From assembly GCA_963665295.1 (NCBI GenBank), contig OY762209.1:1312001-1376000 (forward strand): a stretch of 64,000 nucleotides of DNA, written 5' to 3'. The translations under genes and the position numbers were made by a program. A model generated the notes under the pieces. The model worked only from the letters and a program-made list of their open reading frames with translations, was not told the DNA's origin and ran no database searches. Positions 30,364-41,075 of this stretch are shown one piece after another (within the stretch, counting starts at the first letter, position 1; each line of letters opens with the position of its first letter). This stretch comes from Syntrophorhabdaceae bacterium (lineage in GTDB: Bacteria > Desulfobacterota > Syntrophorhabdia > Syntrophorhabdales > Syntrophorhabdaceae).

Positions 30364-30885
30364 TTACTCGCCTGTCCCCAGGTCCTCGATTACATGGGCC
30401 GGGAAGTAGGTTGCCGTCACTTCAAGGGTACACGCGTTCTGAAAGTCCTTGTTCACCACCTTGTACCTCAGGCAATACCTCGCCACGTTCTTCCCGGCGT
30501 CTTCCCAATCGTCTATCCATTGCAGGACGTCATAGCCGTCCGGGCGATTGTGATAAAGGTCCCACACGCCGCCCGCCCGGCGGGCATGGTTCGTTCTGAG
30601 GTTGGGGTTGAAGGGGTTGAATTCCTGCCTCCTCCACCCGAGGGCGTTCATCTGCCCTACCAACCCTCCAAGATACTCGTTCGCGGGATGGCAGAGATTC
30701 AGCTTGTAGGAAAGGGCATATACGTCTCCCGAGGCGCTCCGCACCATGTCGTAAGCCCCCGAGGGGACCCACAGGCTTCGCTCCACCGGATCAGGCCAAT
30801 CTGAAGCCGCGACCAGGCAGGCGAAAGGCGCTATGGCCATGACAACCAACAATGCGATTGCGACGTAATTTGTCTTCCGTGCCAT
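30364..30885 (-). CDS. Secreted hypothetical protein
   Basis: 173-aa ORF with signal-peptide-like N-terminus. Confidence 0.6.
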   Translation of the reverse strand: MARKTNYVAIALLVVMAIAPFACLVAASDWPDPVERSLWVPSGAYDMVRSASGDVYALSYKLNLCHPANEYLGGLVGQMNALGWRRQEFNPFNPNLRTNHARRAGGVWDLYHNRPDGYDVLQWIDDWEDAGKNVARYCLRYKVVNKDFQNACTLEVTATYFPAHVIEDLGTGE

Positions 30886-31452
30886 GGAAAACCGTAGCAG
30901 GATGGGCAGGGATTGTCAATCCTGCGGGCAACGGCACCTCATCAACGGATGGCCCTTGCGTACCCGGTTCTCAAGATTGATTCCATACACAAACAGGTGT
31001 TCCCGGGGAGGTCCATGGCGACCCATCGTAGTGCGTATATCCCTGCATTCATATATTTCCCGCATTCTCCTCGGGACATTCACTCCTTACCCTGCAATCC
31101 CTGCGCATTCTTGTCAACCCGTTCAACCGCCCTGATGATCGAGGCGGTGGTCACTCTCAAGTGACGGGCGATCTCTGCGGTGGGAAGACCATACTCGGTA
31201 ACGGCCCTGAAGGCGATTGCCGCCCTGACATGGGACACCTTCATACGTCTCCGCCACTTTGGAGTCAAGGGGGTTTATCTGTACTTTTAAGACATTCTTC
31301 ATTGATAAGATGAAGAATGACATCTGCAGTCAATCTTCCTTTCATCTGCCGCCTCTCTTCTGACTCTTCGATTTCACCTATGACGAAATCGCTGCTTCCA
31401 AATATTCCTTCGTTGTGTTGCCCGAGAGAAGCAACCTGAGGCTAGTGTCACG

Positions 31453-32076
31453 TCACTCATCTAATGTCGGATAAAGTCGCCTAAGTTTCACCCGCGCATC
31501 CTTAGTAGTAAATTGCCAGTTCACCTTTGCGTTGAGATTGTCGCGATGGGCCTGCCAGGCAGACACGGCGGAGTGGACCTCGGCGAGAGTGTCGATCCGG
31601 CGACTCAGGCATTGATGAATGAGCACGTTAAGCTCAATCTCCGCCATATTGAGCCAGCTTCCATGTTTGGGAGTATAGACGAATTCAAAGCGGTCCCAGA
31701 TGCGTTTGGCCTCTTCGGGAGAAAAGGCTTCATAAAGAGAGCCGGGTTTATGGGTGTTCAGGTTATCCATGACAAGGGTGATCCTTTTGGCCTTTCCATA
31801 CCGTCCTGAAAGTTCCCGGATGAACTCCGCCCAGTCGCGCTTCGTTCTCCTTTCCGATACCTTGGTCAGGCGCGTGCCCGCCAATGGTTCGTTGGCCATA
31901 AATACGGTACAGACGCCACATCGCTCGTATTCGTAGTCGTGACGCTCGAGCCGTCCCGGAGCGCGGGGAATCGGGGTACGCGTTTCTTTGATCAGTTGTC
32001 TTGGGGTTTCATCCATACAGACCACCGGGAATCTTTTATCATACGGGCGTTTATATACATCGAGTACGTTCTCCAT
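31453..32076 (-). CDS. IS630 transposase DDE part (probably joined by programmed frameshift)
   Basis: MEN.LDVY, CMDE, DYEYER.G, MDNLNTH, TPKHGSWLNMAEIE motifs. Confidence 0.92.
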   Translation of the reverse strand: MENVLDVYKRPYDKRFPVVCMDETPRQLIKETRTPIPRAPGRLERHDYEYERCGVCTVFMANEPLAGTRLTKVSERRTKRDWAEFIRELSGRYGKAKRITLVMDNLNTHKPGSLYEAFSPEEAKRIWDRFEFVYTPKHGSWLNMAEIELNVLIHQCLSRRIDTLAEVHSAVSAWQAHRDNLNAKVNWQFTTKDARVKLRRLYPTLDE

Positions 32077-32089
32077 GGCGGCGACGAAA

Positions 32090-32584
32090 TCAGCATTGCC
32101 CTCCGGTGGAATGACCCATCCTTGCTGCTTCCAGGGTTTTGTTTCGTTTTTTTAAAACCCGACGCACGGTTTCATAGGAGATATTCTCGATATAATTGAG
32201 CGCTACGGCCCGGTTCGCGAGCATACGCAAGGTCCACCTCGCAAAACCTTCTGGTGGTTCGCTACAGCTCAAGGCAATGAGGTGGGCCTCGAAATCGCCA
32301 TCCGCCTTCTTCTCGTAGACTCGCTCTGCTTTGTGTCCGGTAAGGGCAGTCTCAAGTCCTTCTTCCACGAATCGCTTTTTTACTCTATCTATCTTACGCA
32401 TGCTGATTCGCAACACTGCCGATATATCCTCGTTCTTCATCGGGTGGTCCTGGAACCGGCCCTGATCGCAATTGAGAAGAACCAGCGCATTGAGCACCTT
32501 TTGGGCTTTATGATTTCCTTTTTGCACCACGCCTTCAAGTTCCTTTCGCTCTTCTTTTTCGAGCACCACCCTATATTTTATCAT
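32090..32584 (-). CDS. IS630 transposase N-terminal (HTH) part
   Basis: EGLE.AL, PPEGFARWTLR.LA, ISYETVRRVLKK followed by A7C slippery run. Confidence 0.9.
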   Translation of the reverse strand: MIKYRVVLEKEERKELEGVVQKGNHKAQKVLNALVLLNCDQGRFQDHPMKNEDISAVLRISMRKIDRVKKRFVEEGLETALTGHKAERVYEKKADGDFEAHLIALSCSEPPEGFARWTLRMLANRAVALNYIENISYETVRRVLKKRNKTLEAARMGHSTGGQC

Positions 32585-32743
32585 TCGGACCTCCCCATGG
32601 TGAAATTTAACCCTTGAGGAGATTCTATATCATACTATACGACATTACAAGTGTGATGTGACACTAGGTGTTCTACTGTGGTGGCTGAGTGCTGTCGAGG
32701 GGGAATGTAACGAAAGAAAGAACCCTAATGTCAAGGACGTCCC

Positions 32744-33175
32744 CTAAAGGGCACCATGGCGCCCCCGTTCTTGTTTTCCTCTAGCAGAGTGTTGCCTTCT
32801 GACAGTGGATTTTCCCAATAACCAAAAAGCAGCTGGGCCTAACGCCAGTGTTCCCAAAAGATAGGGCCCAATGTGTCGCGGCACTGGCAGATATTCAAGG
32901 TAGTGAAGCACAAATATCGCGCCCAAAGGAATACCTACAACCATCAGGATGATCGAATATGCAGCCGTCCTTTTCTCTGGATGTTCCCTTATATACCTAA
33001 GCATGCCAGACCAGTATGCAGGAACTAATACTGTCGCGGTCCATAGACAAACTGCCCCAGCGAATGAGGCCCACTTTGTGAAGAGTCCAAAGTGATCTAA
33101 TGCGGCGTATACGAAAAAAAGGCCTGCCATGATGAATAGTCGTAATACTGGTGCTCTAAATTCTAGTAATCGCAT
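32744..33175 (-). CDS. Hypothetical four-TM membrane protein (cassette gene); its TAG stop overlaps a GGGGACGTCC site
   Basis: ORF with four hydrophobic segments; start set at MRLLEF. Confidence 0.65.
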   Translation of the reverse strand: MRLLEFRAPVLRLFIMAGLFFVYAALDHFGLFTKWASFAGAVCLWTATVLVPAYWSGMLRYIREHPEKRTAAYSIILMVVGIPLGAIFVLHYLEYLPVPRHIGPYLLGTLALGPAAFWLLGKSTVRRQHSARGKQERGRHGAL

Positions 33176-33317
33176 TATACCTACCTGTTTGACATACTGG
33201 TTCGATCCTGATAATACCGATAAACGCACTTACTCGTCTGAACAATCAACGCTGTCCCAAAGGAATACGAACGAATCGCCATTCCGCTCCCAAATCCAGC
33301 GCGCACAGTAGATGATT

Positions 33318-33506
33318 TCAACGGGGAACGCAGATTTCGCGCTTGTTGTAGCGAACTTGATGGTCATACGTGATGCCGTTCTCGGCATAATGGAATGAAG
33401 GGGTCCAGTGAACCGACCGCACTATGGATTCAACTTCTTCGATTTCACTAGAAAGAGTTCGCTTGAGTTGGTCACCGCAATGATAAAATACCGTCTCAGA
33501 CTTCAT
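33318..33506 (-). pseudogene. Probably 3'-truncated ORF, ending at a CGTTCCCC site
   Basis: RBS plus ATG, 62 codons, frame ends as it runs into the GGGGAACG site at 33323-33330. Confidence 0.45.
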
Positions 33507-33860
33507 ATCGTAATGTGAATCTCCCTGCTAGCATTTCTAAAAGCAACGAATCACGTAATAGGCCCTTTGTCCCAATGATACAACCCCGGCTTCCGCATGG
33601 CAAGAGGATTCGCAGTCAGTTCCGAAAACCTGACGATAGACTTCGAGCCTAACCCACCCCAGCTTGGCCAATGATAGCCGCTCAAACAATAATTCCTTCT
33701 TGACAGTTAATTGAGATAATGTGAAAATGGGCCGTAGGCATGGAACTTTGCACAACCGAGAGGGGATTAGGTGGATGCAAGGCTCAGTATTATTCCATCA
33801 TGGCTTTTGCCTGATTATCTTAGACCCCTTTCAGCGCCAGGCGTTAACCTTCTTTTTAGC

Positions 33861-35781
33861 CCGAAGTTCCCCGCCCAATATTAACCCATCACCTTGATAT
33901 TCCAATGATTATGGCAGAAATTGATTTCCCGTTACTGGCTACAGTCCGAGGAGGGCAAGGGCGCGGGCCTGGAGAGGTGTCGGATCAGTAAGAAGGGTGA
34001 AGGCCGGGGCCATGGAGTCCAAAACCATCCTGCACCGGTTTTTGCATCGGGTCCCCAGTGCGGCAAGGAGGGTACGGAAGCTCTGGACGGGAAGGCCGTC
34101 AGGGGTGAGCTTGGTGGTCTTCTTTTTCTTTGCGGAAGAAGATGACTCCGCGGGCTTTACCGGGTCTCTCGTCGTTCGTGAGAGGGGAAGCTCCTCATCG
34201 TCGAAGAGCAGCGGCGTAAGGGCCTCCCTCATATGCCACTCTACGTAATAGGCGAGGGTGCAGAGAAAGATGTGGGCTCGCACGTGATCCTCGGTACGGT
34301 GGTGAATGGGACGGACGAGAAGATCGATGCCCTTCAAGGTCCTGAAGGCCCGCTCTACCCGGGCAAGGTTCTTGTAGTTCCGTACCACATCGGCGGGAGG
34401 AAGGGCTGGTTCACTCGTACGGATCACATAGATCCCGTCGAGGGCTTCTTCTTCGGTGATTGACTCCTCGTTCCGGGCGAATGAGAAGGACCCGTCTCCG
34501 ATGGTAAGGATAAAGTGCTTCGCCATCTTGTGATCGTTGACTACCGCGCCGACTTTCTTCCCTATCTCCGCTGCGGAAAGAGGCGTCCTTGTCCTTCTCC
34601 CGACCGCCCGTACAATGGAGGACAACTTCTTTTCCGTCACATCGAGGAGCGCGTTTCTTTTCCTCTTTCTCTCTTCGGCAAGAAGGGGGTTGAAGCAAGC
34701 GATGAGCCTTTCCCCCGGATACTCGGGAGAGGTGATTTCCGCAAAGTCCTGGGTATCGAAGAGGGACATCTGGATGCTCCCCTGTCCCACAAGCTCGCGT
34801 ATGGCGGAAGACCTGAGGGCCGATATCCACCCTATGCCGGGCATCTCCTTTATCTTTGTAATCTGTGTCTCCGTAAGCATGCCCCTGTCGCCCACGAGGA
34901 CGAGGTGATCGAGACCGAATCTTTCTTTGAGCTTTGCCGTCTGGTCGGGAATGGTAGAGGGATCGCCCGTATTCCCCGGATAGACGGTAACTGCAACAGG
35001 TCGGCCTTCGTGATCGGTGAGTACTCCATAGACGATGATCCTCTTTCCCTTTTCATCCCGGTCATGGCCGAACTGCGCAAGGGGACAGGTGTGGCCCTCG
35101 TAGTAACTGCTCGTCACATCGTAGAGCACGAGCGAGCCCTCGGTAAGGTGCTTATTCGCCAGCTTCTTCTCGATCCGCTCCTGTCTTGCCAAAAGCCAGT
35201 CCAGGGCATCATAGAGTTCGTCCTCATCGGCATCTGCAACCGAGAGTTCCTCCGCCACCGAAGTAGTATGCCAGAGCCTCGTAGTTGCTAATTTCGATGA
35301 GGGGTGGATGAGGCGTTCCACGATCATGGCGATTACGAGGTCTCTCTCCCTTCCAGGCTTCGAGGCAATGACCGTATCAAGGCCAAGCTTCTTTATTGTC
35401 CCGAGTATGGCCTCCACATGGCCGTGGGGGAGAGACTGCTCAACCTTAAAGGCTTCCTTCGGAGAGACGAGAGACTCCCCTTTCAATACACGCCTCAAGA
35501 GCTCGATCTTCTCTTCCGGCCAATCAGTGAGGTTTGCGACTGTCTTCTTCTTTATCTTTTTGCCTTCCCTCCATGCCTCCCTCAAGAGGATGGCGGGCCG
35601 GGAGTTGCGGTTGGGGATGCTTTCGATGTACATGGAACATATATAGCAAATAGCTTACCTACATGTCAAGTACATAATGCACTATTACATGGCAACAAGT
35701 AGAAGATATGATTATCACCCTATTCCCGTCATTTCAACGGGATAGAGTGATATTGGGGGGATTTCACAGGGGGAACTTCGG
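33861..35781 (-). mobile_element. IS1634-family insertion sequence
   Basis: TIRs CCGAAGTTCCCC/GGGGAACTTCGG; 6-bp target duplication TTTAGC (33855-60, 35782-87). Confidence 0.93.
33939..35633 (-). CDS. IS1634-family transposase
   Basis: LYDVTSSYYEG, GHDRD, VGDRGM, DGIYVIRTS, YKNL..VERAFR.LK, RPIHHR motifs. Confidence 0.95.
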   Translation of the reverse strand: MYIESIPNRNSRPAILLREAWREGKKIKKKTVANLTDWPEEKIELLRRVLKGESLVSPKEAFKVEQSLPHGHVEAILGTIKKLGLDTVIASKPGRERDLVIAMIVERLIHPSSKLATTRLWHTTSVAEELSVADADEDELYDALDWLLARQERIEKKLANKHLTEGSLVLYDVTSSYYEGHTCPLAQFGHDRDEKGKRIIVYGVLTDHEGRPVAVTVYPGNTGDPSTIPDQTAKLKERFGLDHLVLVGDRGMLTETQITKIKEMPGIGWISALRSSAIRELVGQGSIQMSLFDTQDFAEITSPEYPGERLIACFNPLLAEERKRKRNALLDVTEKKLSSIVRAVGRRTRTPLSAAEIGKKVGAVVNDHKMAKHFILTIGDGSFSFARNEESITEEEALDGIYVIRTSEPALPPADVVRNYKNLARVERAFRTLKGIDLLVRPIHHRTEDHVRAHIFLCTLAYYVEWHMREALTPLLFDDEELPLSRTTRDPVKPAESSSSAKKKKTTKLTPDGLPVQSFRTLLAALGTRCKNRCRMVLDSMAPAFTLLTDPTPLQARALALLGL

Positions 35782-35843
35782 TTTAGCGGGACATAAAGAT
35801 TAAACTACAAATTAAGGGTTCATTTTCAAGGGAGTGACTTAGC

Positions 35844-36008
35844 AGGGACGTCCATCAAGCTATCAAATCAGCCATGCTATAGCCTTCTGTACCCCTAAGA
35901 TGATGCACCGCCCCTGCGGCATCAATGCGAGCTTTTCTCGGCATGAAGATATGGTATCAGGGAGGGGTATGGATGTCAAGTGAATGTGATTATTTAATGG
36001 ACGTCCCT
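35844..36008 (-). mobile_element. 165-bp miniature RAYT-derived element, copy 1
   Basis: Inverted ends AGGGACGTCCAT; TTGACA-17-TACCAT promoter; mini-ORF MPRKARIDAAGAVHHLRGTEGYSMADLIA*. Confidence 0.85.
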
Positions 36009-36280
36009 AATGTCCTATTCATAACGAGATATTGTATGATATGGGGGCTATAAAGGCCCAGTACATTCGTTATCCGGACCCTCACCGACTTCACGACCTG
36101 GCCTCACACCATAATGCATGGAGGTCTCATCGGCGACTGCTGGTTTCTCCTTTTGTTTGGAGTCGCGGACAGGGCCCCTGCTTGTCAATCGAAGTCCCCG
36201 GCTTATCCGTCTTTGTGAGAACATGATCGTGGGGGCGAAAAGTAAAAAGTAGCCCCCTCGACCGGCTTGCCCTCTGCCCA

Positions 36281-38947
36281 CTATCTTAAGGGCAGCCTGA
36301 TGCTTGTCGTCCCTCCCGCCAGCCACTTTCTTGTAAACCCCACCTTCGTGGCAAGGCCGAGCATTTTGTCATTTTCCGTCAATACTTCTCCGACGATCTC
36401 GTCCAGCCCCTTTTTCCTCGCTCTCTCGATGAGGATCTGCAAGAGCTTATGGCCCAACCCTTTTTTCTGAAAACTGTCGTGGACAAGCAGCCCGAATTCG
36501 CCCGAGTTCTTTTCAACATCCACATAGAGCCGCCCCACACCTATCATCTTCTTGTGACCGTTTTCCGTGATTTCCGCGACAATGGCCAGTTGCCGGTCGT
36601 AGTCTATGTTGCAAAAGAGGACGAGCCTGTCATGGCTTACGTTCCCGAAGAAAGAGAAGAACCTTGTCCTGCGCGATTCTTCCGACAAGCTCTCAAGCAG
36701 CTCACGCTCCATGGGCTCATCCTCGGGTTTTATGGGCCTCAGCACTACCTCGGTTCCATCCGTAAACTTCCAGTTCGTGATGAGACCTATCGGGTATGGG
36801 GTGATTACCAGGTGGGGATATTGCGAAGAATAATTGATGGGTTCCGTTTCGAGGACGATCCGGGCATCAAGTGCATGGGGCTTACCTCGTGACACGGCCA
36901 GCGGATTTATATCAATCTCTGCTATTTCAGGGAAGTCCACGAGAAGATTGGAGAAACTGACAAGGATCTCCTCGATCTCCTCTAAGTTCGCAGGCGCTTT
37001 ACCCCTGTAACCTTGAATCAACCTGTATGCCTTGGTCTCTTCGAGAAGCCGCTTTGCAAGAGTCTGGTTAAGCGGGGGCAAGGCTATGGAAAAATCCTTG
37101 ATAAGCTCCGCGGTTATCCCTCCCATCCCAAAGAGGATGACAGAACCGAAATCTTTATCCCTTTTTGACCCGAGGATAAGTTCGTAATCGATTGCCTGGA
37201 TCATCTTCTGGACAGTCACGCCTTCTATGGCAGCGCGAGGTGCACGCTCGTTAACCTCCCTCATCATTCTTGCATAGGCGTTCCTGAGATGATCACCTGA
37301 ATTGATCCCTGTGATGACGCCCCCTACGTCACTCTTGTGCGAGATGTCCGGGGACACTATCTTGATCACCACCGGGTAGCCAAGCTGCTTTGCCACATCT
37401 TCCGCCTCTTCAGAAGTACTGGCCAAACGGGGAACCGTTGTGGGAATGCCGTAACCGGCGATTAACTCTTTCGATTCCTTCTCGTTAAGAAGCGTCCTCC
37501 CCTCCAGAGCAGCTTTTTTGATGAGGTCCTTGAGCGGCCCTTTCTGCGGGGTTTTATGCTCCGACAATTCCGAAGGAGTCTCATAGAGCAACCCGAGGTT
37601 TCTCTTGTATCTGAACATATTGGCATAGGTCCTCACCGCTTTTTCCGGTGTTTCATACGTGGGAATATTGTTTTGAACCAGCATCTCTCTTGCGTTTCTC
37701 ACCTGCCTTCCGCCCATCCAGGCCGTGATGATGGGTTTCCCCGATTTTTTCGCGCTGTCGACAACCGCCCGGGCAACGTCTTCGGACCCCGCGATAGTCA
37801 TGGGGACGTAAATGACGAGAACACCGTCTACGCCCGGGTCAGCGAGACATGCATCGACTGCCTTCGCATATCTCGCGGTATCGGCATCCCCGAGCACGTC
37901 AACGGGATTGCCCTTGCTCCAGTGGGGCGGCAAGGCATTATTCAGCTTCCCGATAGTCTCTGGGGAAAGCCGGGCAAGTTCCCCTCCAAGATCGATAAGG
38001 GCATCGGTTGCCATGACGCCGGGCCCGCCTGCTGCCGTCACAATGGCAAGTCTCGGTCCGCCGGGCAGCTTCCGGGAATCGAGAACCTCGGCGGCGTCGA
38101 ACAAGTCCTCAATCTCTCTCACCCGTACGACGCCCACCCTCTTGAACGCGGCCTCATAGATGGTATCGTCTCCGGCCATCGCGCCCGTATGGGATCGGGC
38201 AGCCTTCGCGCTTTCGGCAAACCTTCCCGGCTTGAGGACTATTATGGGCTTGTGGAGCGAGAAGGCCCGGGCAGCGCTCATGAACTTTTTTGCATCGCCG
38301 ACTCCTTCCATGTAAATCAGGATGCTCTTTGTATCCCAGTCGTCTCCGAGAAAGTCTACGAGATCCCCAAACCCGACATCGATCATTGAACCAAGGGAGA
38401 CAAACATGCTGAATCCAACGTGGGCGTCCGCTGCCCAGTCGAGTATTGCATCGCCCAGCGCGCCGCTCTGTGAAATGAATGCAATATCCCCGGGCGGAGG
38501 AGTTGTTTCCATGAACGTGGTATTGAGTCCCGCATTGGGCCTTATAAAGCCCAGACAGTTTGCCCCCAGAATACGCATGCCGTAACGTTTTCTGATATCA
38601 GATATCTGTTCCTCAAGGAGTACTCCCTCGGCGCCCGTTTCCTTGAAGCCCGCGGAGATTATCACGGCGCCGCCCACACCGGCTTTCCCGCAATCTTCCA
38701 CCAGGCCGGGTACCCCCTTAGCGGGCGTGGCGATAACCGCGAGATCTAAATGCTCTGGAATGCTGCCGATATCCGGGTAGCATTCGTGTCCGAGCAGCGT
38801 CTTTTTGTGGGGGTTCACGGGGAAAATCTTTCTATCCCTGGAATTGAGCAGGTTCGTCAGGATTATCCGGCCGACAGCGCCATCTTTATCCGTTGCGCCG
38901 ATCAAAGCTATGCTTTTGGGGTCAAAAATACTGGAAAGAGTTGCCAT
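36281..38947 (-). CDS. Bifunctional acetate-CoA ligase-like / GNAT protein (Pat/YfiQ-type protein lysine acetyltransferase)
   Basis: F.PKSIALIGA, SQSGALG, NPVDVLGDA, HKSDVGGV ATP-grasp, C-terminal GNAT (CNIDYDRQLA, Q.KGLG). Confidence 0.93.
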   Translation of the reverse strand: MATLSSIFDPKSIALIGATDKDGAVGRIILTNLLNSRDRKIFPVNPHKKTLLGHECYPDIGSIPEHLDLAVIATPAKGVPGLVEDCGKAGVGGAVIISAGFKETGAEGVLLEEQISDIRKRYGMRILGANCLGFIRPNAGLNTTFMETTPPPGDIAFISQSGALGDAILDWAADAHVGFSMFVSLGSMIDVGFGDLVDFLGDDWDTKSILIYMEGVGDAKKFMSAARAFSLHKPIIVLKPGRFAESAKAARSHTGAMAGDDTIYEAAFKRVGVVRVREIEDLFDAAEVLDSRKLPGGPRLAIVTAAGGPGVMATDALIDLGGELARLSPETIGKLNNALPPHWSKGNPVDVLGDADTARYAKAVDACLADPGVDGVLVIYVPMTIAGSEDVARAVVDSAKKSGKPIITAWMGGRQVRNAREMLVQNNIPTYETPEKAVRTYANMFRYKRNLGLLYETPSELSEHKTPQKGPLKDLIKKAALEGRTLLNEKESKELIAGYGIPTTVPRLASTSEEAEDVAKQLGYPVVIKIVSPDISHKSDVGGVITGINSGDHLRNAYARMMREVNERAPRAAIEGVTVQKMIQAIDYELILGSKRDKDFGSVILFGMGGITAELIKDFSIALPPLNQTLAKRLLEETKAYRLIQGYRGKAPANLEEIEEILVSFSNLLVDFPEIAEIDINPLAVSRGKPHALDARIVLETEPINYSSQYPHLVITPYPIGLITNWKFTDGTEVVLRPIKPEDEPMERELLESLSEESRRTRFFSFFGNVSHDRLVLFCNIDYDRQLAIVAEITENGHKKMIGVGRLYVDVEKNSGEFGLLVHDSFQKKGLGHKLLQILIERARKKGLDEIVGEVLTENDKMLGLATKVGFTRKWLAGGTTSIRLPLR

Positions 38948-39909
38948 CGTTCGCCTCCGTACTATTCGGTTTCTGTACCCTTGCGGATGGTCTGCGACTC
39001 TCCGATAACCCGGCCTGATCCGGTCGCTTATTGTCTTTATGATGGCAACCTATGCATTATGAGCCTGTTGTGCAACCAGGAACAATAGGCCCAAATCCAC
39101 CGCCTACTCTTCCCTATCCCCCGCTTTATGATCCCTGAATCAGAATTTTGATCAACTCACCCTTTTTTGGGCATCAAAAAAGGTTCGTCCGCTGCCGTTC
39201 GTTTAAGGAGACACCGTTTATGTTCCTCCTAAGGGTATTTTGGCGCGCACCTCTCCTTTTGCAATGCGCCTTATGCTTCTCCTTCATCTCAGGGTTTTCC
39301 CACGCATGCTATCCCGACAGAGCCAGTCTCATGATTTTCTGCCGTGCTTCCGCAAGAAGAGCGAAGGAGGGATGGTACCTTGCAATCCTGATCACCAGTT
39401 GCCGGGCATGGTCGACGATCCGGCCGGGCAGGTTGATAAGACCGAAGCGGATTGCTTTTATCCGCTTTTGCACCCAGGAGCCTCCGAGGGCGAGTTGTTT
39501 CATGGCTGCATGAAGATTGAAAGCAAGGACCATGATCCACCACCATGCCGCATTCTCTCCGAAGTTCCCCGACGGGAGCTTTCCGCCTGCGAGGTCCTCT
39601 TTTAGGACGGCGTGGGCCTCCTCGCTCTTACCGCAACGTTCATAGGAGAAGGTAATGAGTCTCTCCCCTGCCCACTCCATGTTCGAGACGAGCCCCCGGA
39701 GCTTGTACTGCACGCCCTTGTGATCGAGGGTCGCAAAGGGAAGATCCATACCGGGCAGCACAGGTTGACGAAGCGGCTCGCGAATGACGAAGTAGCGGTA
39801 GGTTTGTCCCTTTTTTGAATGGGCGAGGGCATTGGGCACGAACTGAGTTAGGATGGATATAGTGGACACCATATGCGGTACAATATGGATACATAACGGA
39901 GGTGTCCGA

Positions 39910-40218
39910 GTGGCAAAGATTCCCAGAGGAGTGTTTACAAAAGAGTTCAAAGAGGAAGCGGTAAGAATGGTGACGGAGGGCGGTCTCGGCATACCTGAGG
40001 TAGGCAGAAGACTGTCACTTGCGAAGTCAACCCTCGCTCGGTGGGTAGCCCAGGCAAAAAGGGGCGGCCTTGTGGTAACGCGAGGTCAGGCGACGGACCA
40101 GGACATGGAAGTGGCCCGCCTGAAGCGTGAGATAGCTGAGCTCAAGATGGAGCGCGATATTTTAAAAAACGCGACCGCGTACTTTGCCAGAGAGTCGCTC
40201 AAAGGTACGCGATCGTGA
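39910..40218 (+). CDS. IS3 OrfA
   Basis: FTKEFKEEAV, HTH, leucine zipper EVARLKRE...ERDILK. Confidence 0.92.
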   Translation: MAKIPRGVFTKEFKEEAVRMVTEGGLGIPEVGRRLSLAKSTLARWVAQAKRGGLVVTRGQATDQDMEVARLKREIAELKMERDILKNATAYFARESLKGTRS

Positions 40219-41075
40219 AAATCCTGCGACTCAAATATCCCCTTGCCCTTCTCTGTCAGGTACTCGAAGTATCTCGAAGCGGTTACTATGCATGGTTTAA
40301 CCGCCCGCTTTCGCGACGCGCCCAGGAGGAAGAACGGCTGGAGATAGAGATAAAAGCTGCTCACAAAAGAACCCGGAAGACCTGCGGTCCCGAGAGACTG
40401 CAAAAGGATCTTGCCGGGCATGGCGTAAAGGTGGGCATCTCAAGGATCAGACGGATAAGGAAGAGGCTCGGTATACGGTGTAAACAAGTGAAGAAGTACA
40501 AAACCACCACAGACTCGAATCATTCGCTCCCCGTGGCGGAGAACATCCTTGATCAGGATTTTACCGTGGAGGCTCCCGACGAGGTGTGGGTCAGCGATAT
40601 CACCTACATCCCTACCGATGAGGGCTGGCTCTACTGTGCCGCCCACAAGGACCTTTTTACCGGGGAGATCGTGGGCTACGCCCTGGGGGCGAGAATGACC
40701 AGGGAGCTTGTGCTTAGGTCTCTCATAAGAGCAGTGGCAGTAAGAAAGCCACCGAAAGGCCTGATCCACCACTCGGATCGGGGAAGCCAGTACTGCTCTA
40801 CTGAATATCAGAGACTACTCCTGCAGTTCGGCATGAAAGCTTCAATGAGCAGAAGGGGCAACTGCTACGACAACGCGCCCATGGAAAGCTTCTGGGGTAC
40901 GTTGAAAAATGAGCTTATCCATCACCGTAATTACCATACGAGGGATGAGGCGACCGGGGAGATTACCGAGTATATAGAAGTCTTCTATAACCGGGAGAGG
41001 CGCCAGAAACGGCTCGACTATTTATCTCCTGCGGCATACGCAAGAAGATACTATGCCCAGAAAAGGGCGGCGTGA
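40215..41075 (+). CDS. IS3 OrfB (DDE integrase core)
   Basis: VSRSGYY, WVSDITYI, HSDRGSQY, CYDNAPMESF motifs. Confidence 0.95.
   Translation: MKILRLKYPLALLCQVLEVSRSGYYAWFNRPLSRRAQEEERLEIEIKAAHKRTRKTCGPERLQKDLAGHGVKVGISRIRRIRKRLGIRCKQVKKYKTTTDSNHSLPVAENILDQDFTVEAPDEVWVSDITYIPTDEGWLYCAAHKDLFTGEIVGYALGARMTRELVLRSLIRAVAVRKPPKGLIHHSDRGSQYCSTEYQRLLLQFGMKASMSRRGNCYDNAPMESFWGTLKNELIHHRNYHTRDEATGEITEYIEVFYNRERRQKRLDYLSPAAYARRYYAQKRAA

Larger units (their letters stand above)
31445..32664 (-). mobile_element. IS630-family insertion sequence
   Basis: TIRs GTGTCAC(G/A)TCAC; TA duplication in CTAG context at 31443-44 and 32665-66; split transposase. Confidence 0.92.
31073..32744 (-). pseudogene. Degraded RAYT-type (Y1/HUH) transposase element remnant, interrupted by IS630
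   Basis: Fragments EGIFGSSDFV (cf. ERILGSSDFV) and VSHVRAAIAFRAVTEYGLPTAEIARHL.VTT.SIIRAVER (C-terminal HTH); ends GGGGACGTCCTTGACATT (32744 side) and AATGTCCC (31073 side). Confidence 0.7.

Noticed and set aside
33318..33506. Restriction endonuclease assignment for the truncated ORF
   Set aside because: Only a vague resemblance, with no catalytic motif in the remaining 62 codons.
36016..36280. Small ORFs 36032-36226 and 36048-36326
   Set aside because: No convincing RBS or motif; likely non-coding or decayed sequence.
39040..39075. Sigma54 promoter for the Pat-type gene
   Set aside because: GG-to-GC spacing is 8 rather than the required 10.
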